A stretch of DNA of 64,000 nucleotides from Thermovirgaceae bacterium (lineage in GTDB: Bacteria; Synergistota; Synergistia; Synergistales; Thermovirgaceae). Made by a program: the position numbers and the translations under genes. How positions within the stretch are numbered: position 1 is the first letter of the stretch; each line of letters starts with the position of its first letter. The stretch is from contig JAXGIW010000001.1 of NCBI GenBank assembly GCA_040770625.1, positions 435,263 to 499,262 on the forward strand, written 5' to 3'. Below, piece by piece: positions 35,389 through 44,266 of this stretch. The notes beneath the pieces are model-generated. The model was not told where the DNA came from, did no database searches, and was given only the letters and a program-made list of their open reading frames with translations.

Positions 35389-36009
35389 ATGGACGGCAGG
35401 GTTCGGATAAGGGACTCACTGGCTTTCGGGTGGAGGGCCTTCAGGCGGAACACCCTTTTCTTCATGGTCCTTCTGCTGGTCATGGGTATTCCTTTGGCCA
35501 TTCTTAACGTATCCCTCAACGAGTTGCCCCTGGTATCGCCGAACCCCTCGGTGCTGTTCCTCAGGGGTGTGACATGGGTCCTGAGAGTACTCGTTGCCCT
35601 GGTGCTTATCGTCGTGAGCCTCTCATTCTGTGACCGGGGTTCCTTTGAGTTTGTGCAATTAAAGGGTATGAAACCTTTGCTCATTCCTTACCTTATCGGT
35701 TCCCTTCTCCTTTCGGTGCTGGTCGGTGTGGGAATGGCACTTTTCATTGTGCCCGGGGTCTACATCGCCGTCAGGTACCAGTTCATGCCCTACCTGATCA
35801 TCGACCGGGGGATGAAACCACTGGAGGCTTTCAAGGCTGCCGGGGAGCTGGTCCGGGGCTCGTGGATGAATCTTTTCCTTTTCCTGCTATGCATAGTGGG
35901 GATAAATTTCCTGGGGACGATCCCTCTGGGCCTTGGGCTCCTGATAACAGTCCCCGTGACATTCATGGCCCATGCCAGGGTCTACAGGGACTTCGTTCCG
36001 GGACCATGA
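35389..36009 (+). CDS. integral membrane protein, function unknown
   Basis: Multi-TM profile. ATGA overlap with the downstream hydrolase suggests co-translation. Confidence 0.5.
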   Translation: MDGRVRIRDSLAFGWRAFRRNTLFFMVLLLVMGIPLAILNVSLNELPLVSPNPSVLFLRGVTWVLRVLVALVLIVVSLSFCDRGSFEFVQLKGMKPLLIPYLIGSLLLSVLVGVGMALFIVPGVYIAVRYQFMPYLIIDRGMKPLEAFKAAGELVRGSWMNLFLFLLCIVGINFLGTIPLGLGLLITVPVTFMAHARVYRDFVPGP

Positions 36010-36827
36010 GCATCACCCGCCTTGCTTTATGGGTGGCAGTCATCTACGGGGTTTTCTGCGGGGGAATATACCTGCTGCAAGACAAAATGATCTACCAGCC
36101 CTGGGGCGAGATCACAGCAACCCCCTCCAGGGTTGGTCTTTTCTTTGAGAACGTCTCATTCGAAGCCTCCGACGGCGTGCCTCTCCATGGCTGGTTCATC
36201 CCGGCGGAGAAGGGTTACGGAAAGGTCCTGCTCTTTTTCCACGGCAACGCCGGCAACATTTCCCACAGGCTGGAGTCGATCAGGACGTTCCACGATATGG
36301 GGCTGGACGTTCTCATATTTGATTACCGCGGCTACGGAAAGAGCGGGGGCAAGCCATCGGAAGAGGGTCTCTACCGGGACGGCACGGCGGCTATGGAGTT
36401 CCTGTTGGAGAGAGGGTATTTCCCGGACGAAATAATCATGTTCGGGAGATCCCTGGGCGGGGCCGTGGCTGCAAGGGTCTCCATGGAGACCACCCCCCTG
36501 GCCCTGATCCTGGAATCGTCCTTTACATCACTTGTCGACATGGCCTCCATGGTCGCCCGTTTCTTCCCGGTTCGCCAGCTTCTGCGCAGCGAGTATCCGA
36601 CAGAGAGCATCCTCCCTTACATGTCCTGTCCCGTACTCGTGGTCCACAGCCCCGATGACGAAGTGATCCCCTTTTCCCAGGGTCTGAAGCTTTACGAGGC
36701 TGCCCCTGAACCCAAGGTCTTTCTGGAGATCAAGGGCGACCACAACGGAGGCTTCATCCTCTCAGGGGAGACCTACCGCCAGGGGCTGAAGTCATTCCTT
36801 TCGGACATTGCCTGCATAGGAAGATAG
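36006..36827 (+). CDS. alpha/beta hydrolase with N-terminal TM helix
   Basis: HGNAGN oxyanion region, nucleophile elbow GRSLGG, late D and H. The long in-frame upstream extension in the ORF track overlaps the previous gene. Confidence 0.75.
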   Translation: MSITRLALWVAVIYGVFCGGIYLLQDKMIYQPWGEITATPSRVGLFFENVSFEASDGVPLHGWFIPAEKGYGKVLLFFHGNAGNISHRLESIRTFHDMGLDVLIFDYRGYGKSGGKPSEEGLYRDGTAAMEFLLERGYFPDEIIMFGRSLGGAVAARVSMETTPLALILESSFTSLVDMASMVARFFPVRQLLRSEYPTESILPYMSCPVLVVHSPDDEVIPFSQGLKLYEAAPEPKVFLEIKGDHNGGFILSGETYRQGLKSFLSDIACIGR

Positions 36828-36830
36828 AAA

Positions 36831-36856
36831 ACGGCCCGGACTATTTGCCGGGCCGT
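36831..36856. terminator. bidirectional terminator hairpin between convergent genes
   Basis: ACGGCCCGG - 8-nt loop - CCGGGCCGT. Confidence 0.6.
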
Positions 36857-36886
36857 CTCCCAAAGAAGAAGGAGGTGGGTTTGTTG

Positions 36887-38278
36887 CTACCACCCCTTGA
36901 GGTACGGCAGGATGTCCTCGGACACCCTCCCTGATGCCGCATCCTCGAGGGAGGCATTCATTATTCCGAGAGCTTCCTGGAGGAGCTCATCGGGAATGTT
37001 GAGCGGTGGAGCCACCCTCAGCACGTTCCCGTGTTTCCCGAAGGTTATCAGGATAAGCCCCTTCTCCCAGGCAGCCCAGGATATCTTCAGCGCCATCGCC
37101 TTGTCGGGCGTCTTGTTGCTCCTGTCGGAGACTATCTCCACGCCCATAAGCAGGCCCTTCTGCCGGATGTCCCCGATAAAGGGGAGCTGTTCCGCCTTTT
37201 CCCTGAACCACTCCGCAATGATCTTTCCCTTTTCTTCAGCCCTGGCCGCAAGATCCTCATCCCTGATAACCCTGAACATGGCCTCTGCCGAAGCACAGCT
37301 GACGGCGTGGCCCGCGTGAGTGTAGGCAAGCAGGGGGACCGGCACGGCGTCGAGGATATCTGCCCTGCCTATGATTGCCGAAAGGGGGAGGCCTCCTCCC
37401 AGGGCTTTTGCCGATACGATGAGGTCGGGGACGATATCGAAGTGTTCTATGGCCCACCAGCGGCCGCTGCGTCCCATACCGGTCTGGACCTCTTCGTCGA
37501 TGAGGACTATCCCTTCCCTTTCGGTGACACCCCTTAAGCGGGTCATGAACTCCCTGGGGGGGAAGATCATCCCTCCGTCGCCCTGGGCTGGTTCGATGAG
37601 CACGGCCGCCACATCCCCTCGATGCCTGTCGAGCATCTCGTCCACGGATCTCATCGCCTCCCGCGTCAAACCTTCGGGGTCGGCGTAACCGTCTATGCCC
37701 CAGGGATTTCGGTAGGGGTCGGGGTACTCGGCGAAGACCACGTTAGGGTCCAGGCACACGCTTTTCTTGACATCGCTGCCGACTATGCCCGTCACGGAGA
37801 GCGAAGCCGTGGTCATCCCGTGATAGGACTCCTTGAAGCTGAGGATCTGTCTCCTGCCAGTGAAGGAGCGGGCTGCCCTTATGGCGGCATCCACGCCGTC
37901 GGAGCCGGAGAAGCCGAAGGCGGCTTTCTTGGGGAAGTCCCCGGGTGCGGTGGAGGTCAGCAGTTCGGCAAGCCTGACCTGTCTGTCGTTGTAAAAATAG
38001 ACCACCGTGTAGTTCTGGAGCTTCCCCACCTGCTCCCTGACGGCCTCTACCACCACAGGGTGGCAGTGGCCTGCATTATAGACGGCCGCGCTGGTCAGGA
38101 AGTCGATATACCTGTTGCCGTCAGCATCCCATACGAGGGATCCCTTGGCTCTCTCGATAGCCATGGGGAAGTATTTGATCGCGACGGCGCCAGGAATGAA
38201 CCTTTCGTCACTCTCGATGACGGCACAGCTCTTCTCGATGTTCTTGCTGGTCAACCCGGCCAGAGATCTCCAGTCCAT
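36887..38278 (-). CDS. class III aminotransferase (GabT/omega-aminotransferase family)
   Basis: Class III blocks (YNAGHCHP, FSGSDGVDAA, DEVQTGMGRSG, SAKALGGG with the PLP lysine). Confidence 0.85.
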   Translation of the reverse strand: MDWRSLAGLTSKNIEKSCAVIESDERFIPGAVAIKYFPMAIERAKGSLVWDADGNRYIDFLTSAAVYNAGHCHPVVVEAVREQVGKLQNYTVVYFYNDRQVRLAELLTSTAPGDFPKKAAFGFSGSDGVDAAIRAARSFTGRRQILSFKESYHGMTTASLSVTGIVGSDVKKSVCLDPNVVFAEYPDPYRNPWGIDGYADPEGLTREAMRSVDEMLDRHRGDVAAVLIEPAQGDGGMIFPPREFMTRLRGVTEREGIVLIDEEVQTGMGRSGRWWAIEHFDIVPDLIVSAKALGGGLPLSAIIGRADILDAVPVPLLAYTHAGHAVSCASAEAMFRVIRDEDLAARAEEKGKIIAEWFREKAEQLPFIGDIRQKGLLMGVEIVSDRSNKTPDKAMALKISWAAWEKGLILITFGKHGNVLRVAPPLNIPDELLQEALGIMNASLEDAASGRVSEDILPYLKGW

Positions 38279-38308
38279 ATGAAAGCAGCCTCCCATTTCA
38301 CCTGGATA

Positions 38309-39454
38309 TCATGCAGGGATCTTTGCGTTCTTCTTGCTTATCTTGTACAGGCCCAGCGTGAAGAGGGCGACGCCGTGAAGCAGGAAGAAACCCCAGCTGA
38401 TGGTCCCGTACCCTTTGGCAATAAGGCCGATAAGACCGAAGGATGCCACTCCCAGCCCGACAAGGGCCATCAGGCCTCCAAGGACTCCCCGGTTGGCCTT
38501 GGTCAGTCCTTTGCCCTTGTGGTCGACCATCCAGGAGTTGATCCTCTCGTTGACGGCGTGGATGAAGCCTGCACCCGTCTCGATCATCGTTCCGAACAGG
38601 ACGACCATGTAGACAGGCAGGAGCCAGGGTGCGATCTCTCCGAGGATCGTGTAGGCAGGTACCTCAACGTCGAGGATCCCCGGGTAGAAGCCCATTATGA
38701 CCAGGTAGAGGAAGAATCCGGGAAGGATCGTGATTATCGATGTCATGATCCCCGATATGACGGCTTCCTTCCTGCTCTCTATGTAATTGAGAGCGAAAAG
38801 AATGGCGGGGAAGGTCCCAAGGTTGTAGAAGGCGTACTTGAAGCCTCCCAGGGCCCACCCCTCCTTGATCTCTCCTGTGGCGAGGCTGGCGCCTATCTGG
38901 TCTCCAACCTGGGAGATGCCGACCAGCAGGAATACAAGGAATACGGCGTAGAGAAGGTAGGACCACCAGGACATGGCGATCTCGATCACGTAGCTCCCGA
39001 AGAAGGTCAGCGTGGCTACGCCCGCGAGGAAGAGCGCCGCGCCCACCAGCGGAGGGAGCCCGAAGGACTGCATGAAGATGCTTCCCGATGTGGCCCCGAC
39101 GACACCAAGAACGATAAGGAGAAGGACGATGTAGCAGACCTCGTACAGGACCCACCCCGGTCCAAGGAGTTCCTTGAAGAAGCTGCGGTAGTCGTAGACC
39201 TTGAATGTGCGCGCGAACTCGTAGCTGACGGCAAAGACAAGGGACCACAGGGTTGTTGTCACCAGCGCCATTCCCAGTATCCCGCCGAGGCTCCCGAAGT
39301 TGACGAAGTACTCGACCAGCTCACGGCCAGTGCCGTAGCCCCCGGCGATAATAACCGACTGGGAGATAAGGCCTGGGAGGATATATTTCTTGTAGGAAGA
39401 AGAAGCCATCATTCTGCTGAAGAAACCCTGTTTCATCTCTTTTGGATTGCTCAT
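38309..39454 (-). CDS. YkvI-like multi-TM transporter family protein
   Basis: About 11 TM segments. N-terminal IAGGYGTGRELVEYF resembles the YkvI-family motif (from memory). ATG at 39454 lies 9 nt after GAGGTG. Confidence 0.55.
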   Translation of the reverse strand: MSNPKEMKQGFFSRMMASSSYKKYILPGLISQSVIIAGGYGTGRELVEYFVNFGSLGGILGMALVTTTLWSLVFAVSYEFARTFKVYDYRSFFKELLGPGWVLYEVCYIVLLLIVLGVVGATSGSIFMQSFGLPPLVGAALFLAGVATLTFFGSYVIEIAMSWWSYLLYAVFLVFLLVGISQVGDQIGASLATGEIKEGWALGGFKYAFYNLGTFPAILFALNYIESRKEAVISGIMTSIITILPGFFLYLVIMGFYPGILDVEVPAYTILGEIAPWLLPVYMVVLFGTMIETGAGFIHAVNERINSWMVDHKGKGLTKANRGVLGGLMALVGLGVASFGLIGLIAKGYGTISWGFFLLHGVALFTLGLYKISKKNAKIPA

Positions 39455-39567
39455 CTCGTATAACACCTCTCTGTCTTTTTCTCTGACCCTCGTCATCAAG
39501 GGGCGATCCTGTTTCTCTTTCTCGGCTTGGTACTTATCCAGATTCCCGGACAACACCTCCTCAAACA

Positions 39568-39596
39568 AGAAAGGGGCCCCTTTAGGGGCCCCTTTC
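39568..39596 (-). terminator. intrinsic terminator after the HisC-like aminotransferase
   Basis: AAAGGGGCCCC-TTTA-GGGGCCCCTTT perfect hairpin. On the minus strand it is followed by TTTCTTGTTT. Confidence 0.7.
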
Positions 39597-39798
39597 TCCC
39601 GGTTTATCGCGGAAAAGTATGGCTCAACCGCGCCAGGAGGGGGACCCCAAGGCAACATAGAGAATAATGCCGTAATTAAAGCGACCACGAAAAGCTCTCT
39701 CTATCCGCACAGGGCGCCCTCCTTCACAAGATATGCATTATGAAAAAACAAAGCGTTTCGGGGAGTCTATATCAGCATCTCCCTCTTGTCAACAAATT

Positions 39799-40917
39799 TC
39801 ACATTCGTGAAACTTTTCCTTTTTCTGTGGCCTTTCTCCAGAGTGCCCCGAAGATCTCCAGCTGTTCCGGGGCGGGTATTCTGAGACGGACGCTCTCTGG
39901 TCCCAGGCCAGTAAAGCAGGTTCCGGGTTCGGTCCTTATTCCCTGTTCCATGAGTACCTCATAGAGGTTTTCCCGGCCCGAGACCAGTGATGCCAGGAGG
40001 ATCGGCACTTCGGGGTGGGTCCTTGCCACAGATACCCCTCCCGTCCTTTCGATAGTATCGATGACCCGGGCCTTGACCTCACGAGCCATTTCTCTTGAAC
40101 GCCGTGCATAATCCATGTCGAGAAGGGCTGCAGTGGCCATGTCCATGGCAATGGCACTGACCGAAAAGGGTGGTGCGACTTTTCGCAGGAACCTTCTGGC
40201 CTCTTCGTCACGAACTACGCAGTAGCCGGTACGTATCCCGGCCAGACCTCGCCCCTTGGAGAAGGACCTGAGGACCACCATCGAGGGCGAGGCCAGGTTC
40301 AGGGCCGACTCGCCGGAGGGGAGGAAATCACCGTAGGCCTCGTCAACGATCAGGATGGAACCATACTTACGGCACTCTTCCGCAAGAAGGGCCATCTCGT
40401 CCAGGCCGGGGACCTGCCCCGTGGGGTTGTGGGGCCTGTCGACGTAAATGATCGACTCATCACCGATCATGGCTTCAGCAATTCGCGAAACTTCGAGTCC
40501 GTACCCTGGTGGGGTCAGGGATATCTGCCTGTAGGATGCCCCGGCAAGCTGGAAGTGCATCGGCCCGTCGGGGAACTGGGGGGTAACGCCGAGAACAGCT
40601 GCTCCAGTGGTGCAAAAGGTTCTGGCGAGACTTATTATCAGGCCGATGGAGCCGGTGCCGATTATGACCTCGTCGGGTGAGAAGACCCCCTTCCAGGAGT
40701 CCGACAGGGCTTTCCGGAATGGGAGGTCATCACCGGGATATCCGCCCGGGTCCGGCAACCTCCCTGTCCTTATTAGTTCCCTGACGCGGTCTGGCGGACC
40801 AAGTGGGTTTGTGCCGAGGGCGCAGTCGACCAGTACCGGTCTTTCCTCCCTGGAAGTGGCGTACTCGGCGAACTCCATGTTCCTCACAGGGGCGGGCATC
40901 CTCGCTTTCCAGTTCAT
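39799..40917 (-). CDS. class I/II aminotransferase (histidinol-phosphate aminotransferase-like)
   Basis: Fold-type I blocks incl. NPTG and SFSKGRGLAGIR (PLP lysine). ATG at 40917 lies 8 nt after GGAGG. Confidence 0.8.
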   Translation of the reverse strand: MNWKARMPAPVRNMEFAEYATSREERPVLVDCALGTNPLGPPDRVRELIRTGRLPDPGGYPGDDLPFRKALSDSWKGVFSPDEVIIGTGSIGLIISLARTFCTTGAAVLGVTPQFPDGPMHFQLAGASYRQISLTPPGYGLEVSRIAEAMIGDESIIYVDRPHNPTGQVPGLDEMALLAEECRKYGSILIVDEAYGDFLPSGESALNLASPSMVVLRSFSKGRGLAGIRTGYCVVRDEEARRFLRKVAPPFSVSAIAMDMATAALLDMDYARRSREMAREVKARVIDTIERTGGVSVARTHPEVPILLASLVSGRENLYEVLMEQGIRTEPGTCFTGLGPESVRLRIPAPEQLEIFGALWRKATEKGKVSRM

Positions 40918-40954
40918 GATCTCACCCTCCATTTGCGGATATGGAGGCAATGAT

Positions 40955-41075
40955 AGCAGGAAGCAGGAAAACGGTGAGTGGCGAAAGGCGTAAACGGTGA
41001 ATAGTGAACGGTAAAGTCAAGACCAAACCGGAACATTTGCACCGCAGAGAGGGCACAAAGAGAAACGTAACCCCC
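40955..41075. repeat. heptad-type mosaic repeat (locus 6)
   Basis: GTAAACG GTGAATA GTGAACG GTAAAGT CAAGACC..., then TTGCACCGCAGAG (41037-41049), identical to the reverse complement of 4016-4028. Confidence 0.7.
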
Positions 41076-41179
41076 CGGTTGTCCCCGCGGAGAGGTGATG
41101 ATACCATGTTATCCAGCGAAAGACGTGGGTCCGGATAAGGACCGCCAGAAACCATAGATCCTGAAGGAGGGACTTGAGC

Positions 41180-41542
41180 ATGTCCAACTACCACGAACCG
41201 GTCGAGGAACTTGGAGCAGAGGACAGGGATATCAGCAGGGCTCTTAACAGCCTCAAGGAGGAGATCGAGGCCGTGGACTGGTACCATCAGCGTGCCGCCG
41301 CTACCAAGGACAGTTCCATCAGGGACATAGTGATCCACAACAGGGATGAGGAGATCGAGCACGCCGCCATGATGCTCGAGTGGCTGAGAAGAAAGATGCC
41401 CGCTTTTGATGATGCGCTGAGGACCTTCCTCTTCACCGAAGCTCCCATAACCGAGGTGGAGGAAGCGGCAGTCGCGGGAGAACAGGTAGCGGGGAAGACA
41501 TCGTCAGGTAGCGGCCTTGGAATTGGAAGCCTCAAAGGTTAA
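41180..41542 (+). CDS. encapsulated ferritin-like protein (EncFtn) with C-terminal encapsulin targeting peptide
   Basis: EELEAVDWY-type block (EEIEAVDWYHQR), HNRDEEIEHAAMMLEWLRR, and C-terminal tail GSGLGIGSLKG. ATG at 41180 lies 8 nt after GGAGGG. Confidence 0.85.
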   Translation: MSNYHEPVEELGAEDRDISRALNSLKEEIEAVDWYHQRAAATKDSSIRDIVIHNRDEEIEHAAMMLEWLRRKMPAFDDALRTFLFTEAPITEVEEAAVAGEQVAGKTSSGSGLGIGSLKG

Positions 41543-41569
41543 GGATCGAGAGGGAAGGGGGAAAAGAGA

Positions 41570-42370
41570 ATGGACATTCTGAAGCGTTCGATATCTCCGC
41601 TTAGCGAAGCAGCCTGGAATGAAATTGACGAACAGGCTGTAAAGGTCCTGAAGAGCAGGCTTTCGGGAAGAAAGTTCGTTGACGTGAAAGGCCCATTCGG
41701 ATGGGACCACGCAGTCGTCCCGGCGGGCAGACTCGACGTCTCCAGGGGTGAAGGCAGGGACGAAGTCCACTGGGGGGTGCACATTGTCCAGCCCCTGGTG
41801 GAGACTCGCGTCTCCTTCGAAATGGACGTCTGGGAACTCGACAACGCTGCCAGGGGTGCCAAGGATCTGGAACTGGACCCTCTCATCAAGGCTGTCGAGA
41901 AGATAGCTTCCTTCGAGGAGAATGCAATATACAACGGATTTGAACCGGGCTGCATTGAAGGGCTGGCTCAGGCAGGGGCGTCCCAGCAGATCTCCATCTC
42001 CACCGAACACCCCAGGGATATCATGGCCGGTCTTTCCGAGGGACTTGTATTTTTCCGCAAGAACTCCATCGAGGGCCCCTATGCCCTGGTCGCAGGGCCC
42101 CAGCTCTGGCAGATCATCGATGTCTTCGGTGATGGATATCCCCTGAAAAAGAGGGTCTCCTCCCTGTTCGACGGCGGGATGATCCTTGCACCCGAACTGG
42201 AGGGGGGTTTTCTCGTGTCTGCCAGGGGTGGCGACTTCGAGCTCACCCTGGGGCAGGACCTCTCCATAGGCTACGAGTGTACCTCCGGGAGCAAGGTCCA
42301 GCTCTTCATAGCCGAGTCGTTCACCTTCAGGGTGTTAGAGCCCAACGCAGTGGTTCCGCTGGTGCTCTGA
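41570..42370 (+). CDS. family 1 encapsulin shell protein (HK97 fold, linocin M18-like)
   Basis: N-terminus MDILKRSISPLSEAAWNEID...GRKFVDVKGPFGW closely parallels characterised encapsulins. 266 aa. Confidence 0.9.
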   Translation: MDILKRSISPLSEAAWNEIDEQAVKVLKSRLSGRKFVDVKGPFGWDHAVVPAGRLDVSRGEGRDEVHWGVHIVQPLVETRVSFEMDVWELDNAARGAKDLELDPLIKAVEKIASFEENAIYNGFEPGCIEGLAQAGASQQISISTEHPRDIMAGLSEGLVFFRKNSIEGPYALVAGPQLWQIIDVFGDGYPLKKRVSSLFDGGMILAPELEGGFLVSARGGDFELTLGQDLSIGYECTSGSKVQLFIAESFTFRVLEPNAVVPLVL

Positions 42371-42457
42371 ATTTTTCAGGAGAGTGGAAGGGTCGAAGGA
42401 ACGCAATTCTGATCAGATCTCGGAGATGATCGTTAAAATAAGATCTTTGTCTCCTGG

Positions 42458-42487
42458 TTGACAGTTTCAGGTCGTGATGTGTATGCT
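42458..42487 (+). promoter_or_regulatory. sigma70-like promoter (TTGACA-18 nt-TATGCT)
   Basis: TTGACA at 42458-42463 and TATGCT at 42482-42487. Confidence 0.55.
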
Positions 42488-42560
42488 ATCGCAAGAATGT
42501 GAATGAACCTGCTGGTGTCCCTTTGAGGAAAGACGTCCTCTTTCTTCAGGCGAAGGGTAC

Positions 42561-42596
42561 GCGCCCAGAGGCTTGCCTCTGGGCGCGTTTTTTATT
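42561..42596 (+). terminator. intrinsic terminator inside the 5' leader of the symporter operon
   Basis: GCGCCCAGAGG-CTTG-CCTCTGGGCGC followed by GTTTTTTATT. It lies between the promoter and the first ORF. Confidence 0.75.
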
Positions 42597-42651
42597 GGAT
42601 TCTGGTCTTCAGATCCCGACAGTACTGACGATCGCAAAAGGAGGTTAGGAG

Positions 42652-42747
42652 ATGGACTTTTCAGCTTGGTTCCTGGTTGTCATCGTTCCGGTCCTAATAG
42701 CCAGTGTCACAGTGCTCTATTATTTTGCTGGGAAGAAAAGGGTGTGA
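42652..42747 (+). CDS. 31-aa hydrophobic small ORF (candidate symporter accessory peptide)
   Basis: MDFSAWFLVVIVPVLIASVTVLYYFAGKKRV. AGGAGG..GGAG directly upstream. Stop is 7 nt before the symporter ATG. Not in the ORF track because it is under 60 aa. Confidence 0.45.
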   Translation: MDFSAWFLVVIVPVLIASVTVLYYFAGKKRV

Positions 42748-42754
42748 AGACGGA

Positions 42755-44266
42755 ATGACTTATCGATTCGAATTTTTACTTCCCTTTGTTCTTTATCTGA
42801 TCGTTCTTGTTGTTATCGGTTTTCTGGCTTATAAGAAGACAAAGACTATGGAAGGGTTCCATCTTGGGAACCGTCAGCTGAGTCCCTGGGTGGCAGGAAT
42901 AAGTATTCTCTTTTCCGGTTCAAGTGGTTGGATCTTCCTGGGATGTGCCGGACTGGGTTACAGTATGGGGCCATCAGCATGGTTTATGCTTATAAGCTTC
43001 ATGATAACCATGCTGATCGCATATACCCTCATTGGGAAAAGATTACGCAATTACTCTGGCTTGCTCGGAAGCATTACCTACCCTGAATTCTTTGTAAGAA
43101 GGGTCAGGTCCAACAGGAACGGGATCAGACTGATAGCTTCCTTGGCCGTGTTCGTTTTTATGACAACTTACGTGGCCTCCCAATATGTTGCGGCAGTAAA
43201 GGCATTAAAACCGATATTCAACATGACGGACCTGCAGGTCGTTCTTCTTACGGCGGTGGTTGTAACCCTTTACTGTCTCATCGGTGGGTTCATGGCAGTC
43301 TGTTGGACTGACTTTGTTCAAGGAATGGTCATCCTGGGCGGCTCCATAATAATGTGCGTGTTCCTGGTGGTTGAAGCCGGGGGCTTTGGAGAGGTCTTTT
43401 CAAAACTGGCGGCTATCGATCCCAAACTATTGTCAGCGAAGTGGGCAACCTGGCCACTGATACTCATGTTCTGGACGGCAGGGCTCGGAGGGGTAGGACG
43501 TCCTCACGATACCATTCGGTTCTTTGCATTGAAGGATTCCCATTCCGCAAGAGGAACTGCAATGGTTGGAGAGATCTCGCTTCTATTCAACTATTGGACA
43601 GGTTACATGATCGGTTATATCGGAAGGGTTTTCTTCCCTGCCCTGAAAGATCCCGAGACCATTTTCCCGACACTGTTGATCGAGATGTTCAACCCCTGGT
43701 TTGCGGGAATAATGATCGCGGCTTTAATGGCATTGATCATGTCAACCATAGATTCCCAGTTACTCAGTGCGGCGTCGACCTTTACGGAAGATTTTTATCA
43801 TACCTATGTTAACAAAAGGGCCTCGGAACAACGTCTGGTGTGGGTATCGAGGGTTTCAGTTGTCGCGATAGGAGTCTTTGGGGCAGTCATGGCGATGTAC
43901 ATGACAGAAACCGTTAATAACCTGGTGCTCTTCGCAACCGCTGGTTTATCCTCGACTTTTGGGCCCGCGTTGGTTCTGTCTCTCTATTGGAAACGCTTGA
44001 CGGAAGAGGGGATCATAGCCTCAATGCTTACAGGTCTCGTGGTCAGCGTTTACTGGTTCCTCTCTCCTCTAAAGGCCATTACCGGACTCCACGAAAGTGC
44101 GGTTGGTTTCTTTTTCGCAATTACGGTAGCGGTTGTTGTGAGCCTTCTTACAAAGCCTTTGCCTTCCGAGCTTGTAGAAAGCGATTTCGAGATCATCCGA
44201 AAGGACTATTCAGGAGAGGAAATGGCAAAGATCGATTCCCTTGGGGAGAGTTATGGCCTCAATTGA
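42755..44266 (+). CDS. sodium:solute symporter (SSS) family transporter
   Basis: About 13 TM segments and SSS-like blocks (PutP/PanF-like). Start at MTYRFEF. Confidence 0.85.
   Translation: MTYRFEFLLPFVLYLIVLVVIGFLAYKKTKTMEGFHLGNRQLSPWVAGISILFSGSSGWIFLGCAGLGYSMGPSAWFMLISFMITMLIAYTLIGKRLRNYSGLLGSITYPEFFVRRVRSNRNGIRLIASLAVFVFMTTYVASQYVAAVKALKPIFNMTDLQVVLLTAVVVTLYCLIGGFMAVCWTDFVQGMVILGGSIIMCVFLVVEAGGFGEVFSKLAAIDPKLLSAKWATWPLILMFWTAGLGGVGRPHDTIRFFALKDSHSARGTAMVGEISLLFNYWTGYMIGYIGRVFFPALKDPETIFPTLLIEMFNPWFAGIMIAALMALIMSTIDSQLLSAASTFTEDFYHTYVNKRASEQRLVWVSRVSVVAIGVFGAVMAMYMTETVNNLVLFATAGLSSTFGPALVLSLYWKRLTEEGIIASMLTGLVVSVYWFLSPLKAITGLHESAVGFFFAITVAVVVSLLTKPLPSELVESDFEIIRKDYSGEEMAKIDSLGESYGLN

Noticed and set aside
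37622-39463. 613-aa ORF on the plus strand
   Set aside because: It lies antisense to the class III aminotransferase and the YkvI-like transporter. The translation is low complexity (Gly/Pro/Arg/Asp rich) with no motifs. This is a typical shadow ORF in GC-rich DNA.
39797-39812. TTTCAC-ATTC-GTGAAA inverted repeat as a third parS
   Set aside because: It has a 4-nt spacer instead of the contiguous CACGTG core and lacks the TGTT/AACA ends. It also overlaps the stop codon of the HisC-like gene, so the resemblance is probably fortuitous.
40922-41362. 146-aa minus-strand ORF overlapping the EncFtn start
   Set aside because: It is antisense to a strongly supported EncFtn gene and runs through the heptad repeat. 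It has no motifs.
42490-42560. Leader as a guanidine-II (mini-ykkC) or other known riboswitch
   Set aside because: An ACGU occurs in the first hairpin loop. However, the closing pairs and the second hairpin loop (CTTG) do not fit the two-ACGR-loop architecture, and I recognised no match to glycine, glutamine, ZTP or guanidine-I/III cores. It is left as an unclassified leader.
42573-42758. 61-aa ORF upstream of the symporter
   Set aside because: It starts inside the terminator hairpin, has no RBS, and is out of frame with the better-supported 31-aa ORF and the symporter.
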